From NCBI GenBank assembly GCA_001643675.2, contig LSRY02000001.1:620001-684000 (forward strand): DNA of 64,000 nt, written 5' to 3'. A model generated the notes under the pieces. The model saw only the letters and a program-made list of their open reading frames with translations. It was not told the DNA's origin and ran no database searches. Every line of letters begins with the position of its first letter. The stretch's first letter is position 1. Positions 27,401-37,682 of the stretch are shown piece by piece. Source of the stretch: Monocercomonoides exilis PA203 (Eukaryota; Protista; Preaxostyla). The translations under genes were made by a program, and so were the position numbers.

Positions 27401-27777
27401 AAATATATCGTCTTTCATATGTTTTTTTTTTTCATCACGTTCATGTTTCATTTCGTTCTCAAAATAAAACATTTTAGTTGTTTTCGTAATATTTTAATGC
27501 ATATTTAATAATTTTGTGACATTTTCAGAAAAATAATACAAAGAAAATGCAATATAAATATGAATTAATGGAAAAAAAGAATAAAAAATATTAATAAATT
27601 GCTTTATGGGTTTTATTCAAAAGTTTGAAAAACAGAAATGTGGATAGAAATAATTATCAACTCAATTTATACACTCAGACATGTGCGCATTTCATCGAAA
27701 TATAAAATTCACAAAACCCATTATAGTTAATGTTGTCCGGTATTTTTTGCGATGTCCGGTATTTTATACACAATCTA
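24495..27777. mobile_element. Tc1/mariner-like non-autonomous element (~3.3 kb) with TA target duplication, carrying host gene fragment(s)
   Basis: About 45-bp TIRs: TAGAATGTGCAAAAAATACCGGACATAGCAAAAAATACCGGACAA versus the reverse complement of the right end, TAGATTGTGTATAAAATACCGGACATCGCAAAAAATACCGGACAA. Each has an internal direct repeat, and TA flanks both ends (24493-4, 27778-9). Confidence 0.75.
25597..26240 (+). pseudogene. ATG-less fragment of a beta-helix-type surface-protein ectodomain, inside the TIR element
   Basis: C-rich island translating ...SALFQQTQGSLTVSALPIAHNSS...LSLSLTNCTITNI...TNGGCISF...LF*VNNTTFRGC. It parallels modules of the 37683-46867 protein (LSLFCVGTGELSVSDLSVIHNSS; GCTFSSITRSQGSGGCISI). 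In-frame TAA near 26199. Confidence 0.7.
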
Positions 27778-27988
27778 TATTATTTTGAAGAAAAATTTCG
27801 GTTTGAATTTTTTATTAAAAAATAATGACAACGAACACAGATAAGAAATAGCTTTAACATAAATAATTTCTGCCTTTTTTCATGTCTAAGTTTGCTTTTT
27901 GTTTCAAAAAAATGAATTAAACATTTCAACAAAAGTATTATTTTCGAATTCATAAAATTCTCATAATAATGCACATCCAGAAAAAAGT

Positions 27989-28256
27989 GGGGAAAAATAT
28001 TTCACTTCAGGCATTTTCATTGAAAAATTATGCATTTTCGATTAACTTTTTTATATCAAAAATTCAGAAAAAAATGTGTCCATTATTTGACATTCGTGAA
28101 ATATTGGAAAACTTTATATTTTGATTTCTACGATGCCTGTAAACGGGAATGAAAATCAAAAATTTTTTGAAATCTGATAAAGTTTAAAAATGTTATAAGT
28201 GAAACAATTTTTTCAAGCTTTGAGCATAAAAAGCTTGAAAGTCCATATTTTACCCC
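27989..28256. mobile_element. 268-bp MITE, degenerate copy of the 49850 family
   Basis: Colinear with 49850-50117 (shared CTTCAGGCATTTTCATTGAAAAATTATG, TTTGACATTCG, GATGCCTGT, ATGAAAATCA). Ends are GGGGAAAAATA / TATTTTACCCC. Confidence 0.75.
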
Positions 28257-28364
28257 AAGTGATGATTTAAAAATAGTCACTTTTATTATTCCAGGTATAT
28301 CATTAAAAAGAATTAACAAACAATTGTGAAAATGAGAATGTTTTAGATTGAGGGGGAAAAAACT

Positions 28365-28743
28365 GCTCTTTGCTCATAATCCCGGACAAGATCGTTTTCT
28401 CAATAACTTCTAAAGAATAATTTTTGATTATTTCACTTGAAATAAACCTTATCGAAAACAACTCATTTTGCAAACGAGACATTGATTTTCGTGTTTTCTG
28501 AATATAGCAAAATAAAATCATAAAAATCTAGGTGCAGTCGAATTTTAAGTATTTTATAATTTTCGATTATTATTTTTCGAAAATTTAAATCTAAACAAAA
28601 ATTATACTCTTCAATGCAAAATGAGTCAGAAAAGATAAGGTTTATATCAAGAAAAATAAAAAGAATTCTAGCTTTTGCAGTTATTGAGAAAACTATCTCA
28701 AAGTAAGTTTTGTGAGATGTCCAGATTTTTTTTGCTCAACAGT
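28365..28743. mobile_element. Fold-back MITE, degenerate copy of the 58976 family
   Basis: CCGGACAAGATCGTTTTCTCAATAAC...CTTGAAATAAACCTTATC...ACTCATTTTGCA is mirrored in reverse complement at ~28615-28743 and matches the 58976 element arm. Confidence 0.65.
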
Positions 28744-30841
28744 TTCTGTCTAATTTGAATATTTTGTGATATCCATAACTCGACAAGAAAAAAATTTCAC
28801 AATGTCGAGAAAAGCGCTTCAAATATTAATAGCATAACAAACAATGAAAATGTGAAATATGACTGGTTGAATATTTGAATTCGAAAAAATGAAAGCAATT
28901 TATATATTTTTTTAAAAAAAAAATACGAGGTTATTTTTGATAAGGGATGAAATTTTTTGCTTTCTGAATTCTGTTCCATTCTTCTCTAACAAAAATTTTC
29001 CTCAAATTTGGTATTTTTCTGTAATTTTTTTGACATAGAAATGCAAGAATAATAATGATTGGGTTGGAGTCAAAGTTTGGAACAAATCGTTGTTTTTTTC
29101 ATAAATAAAAAAGTTTTGCTCCATATCAGATTTTTTTATTCAAAAATTTAGATTCGAAAATTTTCAACTTGAATATTACAAAAGAACACTGAAAAGTGAA
29201 AACGCTAATTAAAGATATCTAAGTCTTTTTTTCAGCTCAAATATTTGTTTTTGAAATGGTCTTGATGAGATTTATCAAAAAAATTTAAAATCTCTTCCCA
29301 AAAACAAACAATCTTTGAAAATTAAGCACTCCGGAAAAAGTTATGATTTCAAAAAGAATTACACTACAAAAAACTATTTCTTTTCTTTTCTTTTTTTTCT
29401 TTCATTTCTTGAAATAATTTTTATAACAAATGAAATGATTATTTCTGATTTTTGTTTTGTAATAAAAAACAAAAATAAGACGGAATTTCTTGTGAATATT
29501 CTATAAACATTATTTCATTAAAGATAGAAAATATAACTTTGAAATAGTTCCATTAACTTAAACGTTAAAACATCATTAACATTTTTTTTCTCGTTTTTCC
29601 CCCGGATGTGGAGGCTTCCTGCGATTTCTTAAGCATCTGCCTCCTCTCTTCTCAGTTCCTTTCCATCGCATCAATCCACTCTTAAAGGCACACACCTCAA
29701 ACAATTTCATTAGAGCAACAAACATATTACAAAGGAAACAATATTTCGTGAAAATTCTTTTATCAATTCATGACACGATACAGTTCACACTTTCGGCAAA
29801 AGACCCCAGTATCAGAAGCAACAATAAGCAAGTAACTCATCAAAAAAACAGAGAAAAAACAATTACAATAGCAAACAACATGAACAGGGAAAAAGGAACG
29901 AAACAGGAAAAAGTTTGAATTTTTTTTAATATAAAAGAAGAGAGAAAAAGAAAAAGAAATAAAGAAAGAAAACAATCTTGCTCATCAGGACAGCAACACA
30001 CAAAACAAGGAATGTCTGCTCAACAAAGACGATAGATACTCCAATCACCATGCACGCATAATTAACGTTAAAACTCAAAGAAACTGAAAATCCACTTCAT
30101 GACAATTCAAAAAGGAAAAAAAGGAAAAAAAAGCAACTTTTGAAAACAAAGAAAACATGAATATAAATGGATGTTGATCTTTTCCTCACATCAATGAACA
30201 AAAAAACGTTGAAAAACAAACTTATCAGAAAAAAGTTGTAAAAAATAGAACTTATAAAACCCTAAGAACCTTATCCAAAACGATTCAATAAAAATTAGTG
30301 AAAGAAATCATTAAAAAAAAAGGATCAATTTTCCACCATCAGATCTTCTCAAGCAAACGCCAATGACGGAAAATGGAAAATGATGCTTTGACAAACAAAA
30401 AATTTAACTGCAAATTTTGAAAAATTTTCTATCTGGCAAAACATAAATACAATCATTTTGAAATACTAATAAATGAAACATGATGGGCTGGTGCTATTTC
30501 AAAAACTGAAAAATAATCATCGCTTCTGTTGTAGGAACAAACATACAGATGGGCACATTTTACAAGTTCTGCCGATATTATTAGAATTCACTCGAATACG
30601 AAATAAAGTTAATACTAACACTGAATCCAATCAAAGATGTTCATCGTCTTTGCTTACCGCTTCGTTCATTGACTTGTACTTAGCAACTTAATCTCATTCA
30701 AGTTATTCACTTTCATGTTCGTCTCTTTTCTCTTTTCCTTCAGTTTCTTCCTTTTCCTCAGATTTGATCTTTCTTTCTTTCTTTCTTAGTTTTCATTCTC
30801 TCTTGTCTAAGCTTTCTATTAGTTTCTATGTTCCATTCCTT

Positions 30842-33800
30842 TTATTCTCCATGATTCTTCTCTTCCCCATTGATTGCCTCACGCTCATTCGCACATCTCA
30901 TCCCCTTGTTGCCTTCCTCCGCCTTCCTGCCAAGCCCCGAGTGTGCCAGCAGCTGCGAGAATAGCGATGTTGGGTCTTTCATCAGCGCCTGCGGCGTGCC
31001 CAGCTCCTTCGCCTCCCCCTTGTCCATCACCAGGATCCGGTCGCACCCCACAATCGTGTGCAGCCGATGCGCAATGATGATCGCTGTCTGCCCCGCAAAC
31101 GACGTCCGGATCGTGTGTTGGATCTTGCTGTCTGTCTCTGCATCCACATTCGCTGTCGCCTCGTCCAGCACCACAATCTTGCACTCATCCACAATCGCCC
31201 GCGCCAGACACAGCAGCTGCCGCTGCCCGCAGCTCAGATTCGCCCCGCCCTCGGCCACATGGCCCTCCAACCCGCCTTCCATGCTTCGCACCACCTCCCC
31301 CATCTCTGCCTGCTCCAGCACTGCCCACAGCCGCTCGTCGCTCTGCTTCCCTCCCAGGTCCAGGTTCATCCGCACTGTCCCCTCAAACAGCGTCGGGTCT
31401 TGCGGAATGATTGCAATCGATCGCCGAAGCCGCCCCAGATTAACTTTCGAGATGTCCACCCCGTCAATCACGATCCGTCCACTGTTCTGCTCCTTCTCCA
31501 CCTCCTTTCCAACACAGCCCCCTTCTTCCATCTGTGCCAATGAAGAACTTGAGCTTGATGAAGTTGATGTCTGCTTGTGGTGCTGCTCCTGATCCTGCTC
31601 CTGCTCCACAGGCAGCCCCGTGTCCACATCGATCAGCTTTGGCATTAGCTCCGGATCCAGCTCCACCAAACGGAACAGCGCCTGCACCAGGCTCGTCTTC
31701 CCTGCCCCTGTCCTTCCGCACACCCCGACCTTCTCCCCTCCTCGGATCTTGAACGACACATTCTTCAGCACCAGCGGAAGCCCCGGCCGGTACCGGAACG
31801 ATACATTCTCGAACGACACCGCCCCCTCGCTCGGCCAGCTTGCCTCGGGTTCCACCTCCACCCGCTTCGTCTCCTGCGGAAGCTTTGTCGAGTAGAACTG
31901 CACCCGCTCCAGGCTCGTCATCATTGACTCCACAAACACGCTCGTCGTCACCAGTTCTGACCCTTGCCACCCTAAGTTCATCGACGCCAGCACAGCCAGC
32001 CCCACGCTTGATGCTCTCATAAAGTACCACCCCAGCACCGTCACCCCAATCGTGAACACGCAGCAGATCAGCTGAATCATCACATTCGTCCATAGCATCC
32101 CTTCCCTTATAAGAATGAATGTCGAAGTCCACATGTCCACTTTCTCTGCGAACCGCCCCATCCACGCGCCTTCCTGCTTCGTCTGCCGGATCGTGCTCAG
32201 CCCTGCCCCAGTCACCGTTTCTGTGAACTGTGCCATCACTGGGCTTCGCACGATGTCCTCCAGCCGCATCAGGTTGCTTGACGTCCGCGGATACAACAGC
32301 ACAATCACATGCAGCAGCCCCAGCACCAACACCACAAACAGCAGGAAGTACGGCCAGTCGATCGCTCCCACCACACACGTTCCAATCACACTCAGCCACA
32401 CCTGCAGCATATTCGTAAACGATGTCGGCAAGTCTGTGTCTGTCCTCGTGATGTCTGTGCTGAACCTGTTCAGGATCCTTCCAGCTGGAGTTGTGTCGAA
32501 GAACACAGGAGGACACCTTACTATATGCGCCGCTAGCTCATCATGTATCTTCTTGTTCGCTTGCCGTGTGATCAAGGAGAACACCGCTGCCTGCACCACC
32601 ACCAGCACCAGATACACCACAGCCAGCACCCCCATCATGCCCAGCTTCCAGTCAAACCCCATCCACTTGAACAGTTCGGGAGTGCTCACGACGTCTATCC
32701 AGTACGTATTCAAAGTGTCCACCACCTCACACGCCACCAGAAGAAGCAAATAACATACCACCACAAACGGATTCCCCATCTTCTTCAGATAGTCCACGTA
32801 GACCCTCCAGGACACATTCGATAGTATATGCTCTTCTTCCGTCATCATCTGCATCGCAGCCTTTTTTTCTGCTTCAGCTTCAGCTTCTGTTTTACCTTCT
32901 CTTTCACCTTCACCTTCAGGAACACTTGGAGTATTTGCATCTGATGTCAAATGCTCTTCCGATGGTGTTAGAGAAAATGTTGGTGAGGGCGAGGGAGAAG
33001 GAAAAGGTGAAAGTGATGAAGATAATGATGAAGAAGAATGAATCTCAATTGCTGATTCTGATTTCATCGAAGCCATTGTTGCTGTCGTTGCATGAATTTC
33101 TTCCTCTTTTCGAGTGATCGGCTTCATTACCTCCATAACTTCCCCTTCATTTTTCTCCTCTTTCTCTTTCTCCTTTTCTTTTTCATTCTCCTTTTCTTTC
33201 CCGCCCTTCCTCCACTTCCTCGCCAGCCGCATCAGGTCAATCCCCTTCTCCTCCAGCTCCTTCTTCGTCCCCTTTGCCACAATTCTTCCTCCTTCCATCA
33301 CAACCACTGCGTCTGCCCGGTCTGCATACTGCACCTGGTTCGTCGCCAGAACCACTGTTGCCCCGCGCTGCTCCTTCAGCAGCCCCACAATGCACTCCTC
33401 AAACAGCCGCTTCCCCACATGCGCATCCACCGCCGACAGCGGGTCGTCCAGCAGCACAACATCCGCCCCGCTGTACACACACCGCGCCAGCTGCAGCCGC
33501 GCCTTCTGCCCTCCGCTCAGGTTGATCCCCCGCTCCCCAATGGCTGTTTCGTCCCCTGCCCCCAACACCTCAAAGTCCGGCTCCAGACAGCATACTGACA
33601 CACATTCCTTGTACCGTTTTGAGTCCATAGGATTGTTAAACAAAATGTTCTCTTTGCACGTCCCGTTGATGATCCACGGCGTTTGTGAATACGTAATCAC
33701 ATTTCCTCTCACCTTCACTTCAGTCTTCTTCTCCCTCTCCAGTTTGTCCTTTCTCTCTTTCTTTTTTCCTTCTTCTTCATCATCTTCCCTCAGCTCATCG

Positions 33801-35650
33801 GTCTTTGCAATTTCCCCGCTGATCGCTGCCAGCAGAGACGACTTTCCGCTCCCCACTGCCCCAACCACAAACACAAGCTCCCCTTTCCTCACTTTCAGGT
33901 TGATGTCTCTCAGCACCACACTCGACCGATGCTTCGCTGCATCCTCACTTTCCTTATCATCGTTGCTTTCTTCTCTGTCTCCTGTTGCTCCGCTCGAATG
34001 AGATGACGATGAAAAGATATCATCTTTCATTTCTAACAGAGGCATTTCATCTTCCTCTTTCTTCTTTCTGTTCTTCTTCCTCTTCTCTTTCCTTTTTGCT
34101 TCTGCTTTCTCTTTCTTCTCCTTCTCCTTCTTTTCATTCTCCATCTCCTCTTTCTCCTCAACCATCAGCGGAATTGCTGGAGGATCCAGCCATTTGAATG
34201 CCCCGTTCCTGATGATCACTGTATGCTCTCTTTCTCCCCTTTCATTCTCATTCTCCTCCTCTTCGTCTCTTTCTGTAATCTCCTTCACATACTCTTCTCG
34301 CTCTTCAAGCAGCAGAAACTCTCCAATCCTCTTTGCCGATGTGAACTGCATTGCAGCTGATTGCACAACCATCGGCACCGATGCAGCCCCATTCGTGAAC
34401 ATCCCCAGAATACTTCCGATCGGGTAGAAATAGTAAATCACTTCTGCTTCAGCTATCCCTTCGCCCTTCAGATACGCCGCCAGCACTATCGTCTGAAGAA
34501 AGGTTGGAAAAACTGACATTAACGAGGACATCATCTGCAGCATAAACACGAAGCGTGCTGAGTGTCTAAGTTGAACCTGACGCGCCTTCCCGATCCGCTC
34601 CAGAAACACCGACTCCAGACCACCTAGCTTCACCATTCGAATCCCTTGCACTATCTCGTTCGTTGCTTTCAGCCGTGTCTCGTTCGCCTCCAGATAAAGA
34701 TTGTACCCTTTTAGCATCTCCCTTGTTATCATTCCCTGCACTGGGAAGATCAACGCCATAAGTACCAATGCAATCAAAGAGTAACACTTAACTTCCATAG
34801 CCAACATTGTAAATGCCCCAACAAGCATTGGCAGATCCTGAGAAATTTCCATCGAATCCATCAGCGTTTCTGTAATGTTCTGTATGTCAGTCGAAATCAA
34901 TGCCACCAACTTCCCTACATCAATCTTCGTTTGAGCAGCAATGTTAAGGTGCAGTGTTTTATCGTAGATCATACCGCTGATCCCTGTTCGTATGCGTCCA
35001 GCAATATTGATGATAAAGCGTTCACCGTTCGACTCGCATAACCCTGTGAACAATGGCAGCACTACCAGTCCAATCACCACACCCCAGGGAAATGAGGAAT
35101 CTCGATCTGCAGCATCGTTCGCATCTTTCATCGCTAGTGCCTCCAGCAGCCATCGCATTAAGAACGGGTTCATTAGTCTCGGTACGGAAGCCAACCCAAT
35201 AAGTACCTGCGACGCCCACACCCGCCATCCGCCCAGCATCACCATTATTCTCGCAACTGATGGATGTGCTGGTGCTTTCCTCCGGAATTGTCTTCCATCA
35301 CGTTCGCATTTCTCCTTCTCTGCGCTGTATGCAGCAAGTTCTGCCATATACGTCCGATAGCGCTCCTCCCATTTTTGCTTAACCTTAGGAAAGTTCTCCT
35401 TTGTAGAGTTCGCCTCTGCTATCTCACATACATCCTCATCCATGATCGGCCGCCGCCGGAACACATACCGGAAGAAGAACAAGAACACAAAGTTCGCCAA
35501 AAAGTTGCTCTGCTCTTCATAATTCTTTGGCCGCTTTTTGGCTTTAAATTTCCCTGAAGCATTGCTTCCTAGTTCTGATAAATCATTTTTTCCATCCGTG
35601 TTTCCTATTCTATTATCGGCTATGCTTGAGTGGTCGTTATAATCTGACAT
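30842..35650 (-). CDS. ABC transporter subfamily C (MRP-like), full TMD1-NBD1-TMD2-NBD2, apparently intronless
   Basis: NBD1 has GAVGSGKSS, IGERGINLSGGQKARL and LLDDPLSAVD (Asp in place of the catalytic Glu, typical of ABCC). TMD2 has FFDTTPAGRILNRFSTD. NBD2 has WPSEG, GRTGAGKTS, NLSCGQRQL, LDEATA and IAHRL. 1602 aa. Confidence 0.96.
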   Translation of the reverse strand: MSDYNDHSSIADNRIGNTDGKNDLSELGSNASGKFKAKKRPKNYEEQSNFLANFVFLFFFRYVFRRRPIMDEDVCEIAEANSTKENFPKVKQKWEERYRTYMAELAAYSAEKEKCERDGRQFRRKAPAHPSVARIMVMLGGWRVWASQVLIGLASVPRLMNPFLMRWLLEALAMKDANDAADRDSSFPWGVVIGLVVLPLFTGLCESNGERFIINIAGRIRTGISGMIYDKTLHLNIAAQTKIDVGKLVALISTDIQNITETLMDSMEISQDLPMLVGAFTMLAMEVKCYSLIALVLMALIFPVQGMITREMLKGYNLYLEANETRLKATNEIVQGIRMVKLGGLESVFLERIGKARQVQLRHSARFVFMLQMMSSLMSVFPTFLQTIVLAAYLKGEGIAEAEVIYYFYPIGSILGMFTNGAASVPMVVQSAAMQFTSAKRIGEFLLLEEREEYVKEITERDEEEENENERGEREHTVIIRNGAFKWLDPPAIPLMVEEKEEMENEKKEKEKKEKAEAKRKEKRKKNRKKKEEDEMPLLEMKDDIFSSSSHSSGATGDREESNDDKESEDAAKHRSSVVLRDINLKVRKGELVFVVGAVGSGKSSLLAAISGEIAKTDELREDDEEEGKKKERKDKLEREKKTEVKVRGNVITYSQTPWIINGTCKENILFNNPMDSKRYKECVSVCCLEPDFEVLGAGDETAIGERGINLSGGQKARLQLARCVYSGADVVLLDDPLSAVDAHVGKRLFEECIVGLLKEQRGATVVLATNQVQYADRADAVVVMEGGRIVAKGTKKELEEKGIDLMRLARKWRKGGKEKENEKEKEKEKEEKNEGEVMEVMKPITRKEEEIHATTATMASMKSESAIEIHSSSSLSSSLSPFPSPSPSPTFSLTPSEEHLTSDANTPSVPEGEGEREGKTEAEAEAEKKAAMQMMTEEEHILSNVSWRVYVDYLKKMGNPFVVVCYLLLLVACEVVDTLNTYWIDVVSTPELFKWMGFDWKLGMMGVLAVVYLVLVVVQAAVFSLITRQANKKIHDELAAHIVRCPPVFFDTTPAGRILNRFSTDITRTDTDLPTSFTNMLQVWLSVIGTCVVGAIDWPYFLLFVVLVLGLLHVIVLLYPRTSSNLMRLEDIVRSPVMAQFTETVTGAGLSTIRQTKQEGAWMGRFAEKVDMWTSTFILIREGMLWTNVMIQLICCVFTIGVTVLGWYFMRASSVGLAVLASMNLGWQGSELVTTSVFVESMMTSLERVQFYSTKLPQETKRVEVEPEASWPSEGAVSFENVSFRYRPGLPLVLKNVSFKIRGGEKVGVCGRTGAGKTSLVQALFRLVELDPELMPKLIDVDTGLPVEQEQDQEQHHKQTSTSSSSSSSLAQMEEGGCVGKEVEKEQNSGRIVIDGVDISKVNLGRLRRSIAIIPQDPTLFEGTVRMNLDLGGKQSDERLWAVLEQAEMGEVVRSMEGGLEGHVAEGGANLSCGQRQLLCLARAIVDECKIVVLDEATANVDAETDSKIQHTIRTSFAGQTAIIIAHRLHTIVGCDRILVMDKGEAKELGTPQALMKDPTSLFSQLLAHSGLGRKAEEGNKGMRCANEREAINGEEKNHGE

Positions 35651-36279
35651 TTTATCTCCAAAAATTAATATTATTTCTCAGAGATCGAAATTTTCAATCA
35701 TCATTTCTAATATTTTGTCAAGTATCAAAAATAATAGTGATAAATCTATACCACAAGAAATCTTCTTGGATGATTGCTCTTCTTTTTTGATTTTCCATGA
35801 AGGAATGTTCCAAGCTGGTTATTGAATTCTTTTGACACATCGACAATTTTTTCAATTCTATTCTATAAAGTTGATTCCAAAATATTAATAAAATTTCTCC
35901 AAAAAATATGACACATGTTTAACGTTCAAAATAATACACTCATTGAAATATGAGAATTTTCTTTGAAGATTTTTAAATGGGGCTTTTTTTCTTTATGGCT
36001 CTTTTTTTTGTTTGAAGCTGTCAATCAATAAAAAGTCCCTAATACGTTTCAACGCATGCTCAACATTTTAAAACAAGTTTCAGGTTGTATTTCACCAATA
36101 TAAAATTGTTTTTATTGAAGAAAACACATGTTATGCGATTTTTTTTCAGAAAAAAGAAGTGAAGAGTGAAAGTGAAATGCTCTGAACAACTTCAATGTCC
36201 AACTCACAAATAACTGCGAAAGTGCACTTGAAGTTGCGTCGCAGCTTTTTAACTTCATTTCAATTTTCTTTTCTTCTTT

Positions 36280-36615
36280 TTATCACCATCTCCAAATCCA
36301 TCTCAATCCCATCTCTCAAACACCCTCTTCTCCAACATCTCCTCATCTCAATTCCATCCATACCTTCCATACCTTCCTTCACATTCACTCAATTCATTCA
36401 TCTCAACCACCTATTCCTCTTCTTCAACTTCCACCAGCATCAACTCCAATACAATCCCCTCCTTCTCTCTTCACTCATCCCTCTCCATCCACTCATCCCT
36501 CTTCCTCCACACCCACAACCCCATCGATGGCTCCATTCTCCCAAATCTCAACAGCCCATTCACTTCTCTCTCTGCCTTCAACTTAAACATTTCCTCAGAA
36601 AAAACAAACGAAAGG
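36280..36615 (+). pseudogene. Probable decayed fragment of a surface-protein family gene
   Basis: C-rich island; one frame reads SHLSNTLFSNISSS...LFLHTHNPIDGSILPNLNSPFTSLSAFN. This resembles the N-terminal module of the 37683 protein (SCSFFNIT...DSTNVLEGGIIYGTAHSSSFSSTNSSF). No ATG or complete gene context. Confidence 0.45.
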
Positions 36616-37288
36616 CGGTTTGTGATATATTGCATTCAATTTTTTTATTTCCTCGCTTCTCTTTATTTCTCTTCAACAGATTTTTTTCCTCTGTAAAGAA
36701 AATCAGCACGTCTCAACCTGTTGCCCGTCCATAATTCCACATTTCAATTTCCTTTGCCTAAAATAAAAATATGAATATCCAAATACGCATAACAACTCAT
36801 TCATCATCATTTAGGAAAACAGTTATTAAAAACAAACTGAAAGCAGTTTTTCACATTCGTTCATGCATATTTGAAGATCAGTACAACATCTCAGTCAACA
36901 AATGCACATTTTAAGTACTAATCTTTATTTCTCCTTTCATCATCAATTTACGATAAAAAAGAAATGATCCTCCGCTTTAAAAGTGATATTTTAGATTCAT
37001 TGATACAACTTATATTATGATTCATTGCCTTGAAAGTCAACTATCTTCGAGTCGAGAAATAATATTTCCCTTTTTTTTTGTTTTCTGAATCAGAAATATT
37101 TTTTTTTATCAGAGAAACAATTTAAATTGCTTATGTTCAATATTTTTGTGAAGTTTGCATTTGTTTAGCATCATTCAAATGTATTCAAATCAATGCATGT
37201 AATTTTAAAAAATATTATTTATAGAAAAACATCCTTTCCCTTTTATACAAAAGAAAAAGTCACATAAAAACAAATAATTTTTAAACAT

Positions 37289-37323
<35 letters not shown>
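37289..37323. repeat. (GAT)n microsatellite
   Basis: About 11 GAT units. Confidence 0.9.
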
Positions 37324-37324
<1 letters not shown>

Positions 37325-37682
37325 ACTATATTCTTTGAATTATCTCAAAAATCTCAAACTCAAATGAATTCGAGAATTTTTGATAGAAGTGAGTTTTTGA
37401 AATTATTATTTATCATATTTGAATAATATTAAATTTCACTCGAATTTAATAATGTTATTTATTTAAAATATTGATTCAAATTTCATTTATTATTATTTTT
37501 TTATTTATTTATTTATTCATTTTTCTTGTGTAGTTTTCAAATTGGTGACAAACATGATGTATAATTTTCCCACATCACTCAAGGCTTTTCTGAGACCTGA
37601 TTTCTTAAATGATCAAACGTTTTCATTTTCACTATCTTTTTATCAGATTTTTATTATAATGGGATTATGAATCATTTATATA

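Larger units (their letters stand above)
24470..29366. mobile_element. Old TIR element (ATGGGTGATTAT..TGAAATCATA ends) hosting nested insertions
   Basis: Left end ATGGGTGATTATTTTTGAAATCATA at 24470. Degenerate inverted end CCGGAAAAAGTTATGATTTCAAAAAGAATTACAC at ~29331-29366. The same end pair bounds 59713-60216. Confidence 0.5.

Noticed and set aside
29590-29700. GC-richer patch translating EWIDAMERN*EERRQMLKK on the minus strand
   Set aside because: Too short and interrupted by a stop; cannot be assigned.
30870-35557. Many long + strand and alternative-frame ORFs overlapping the ABC transporter
   Set aside because: Antisense or off-frame shadows produced by GC-rich codon bias; no independent motifs.
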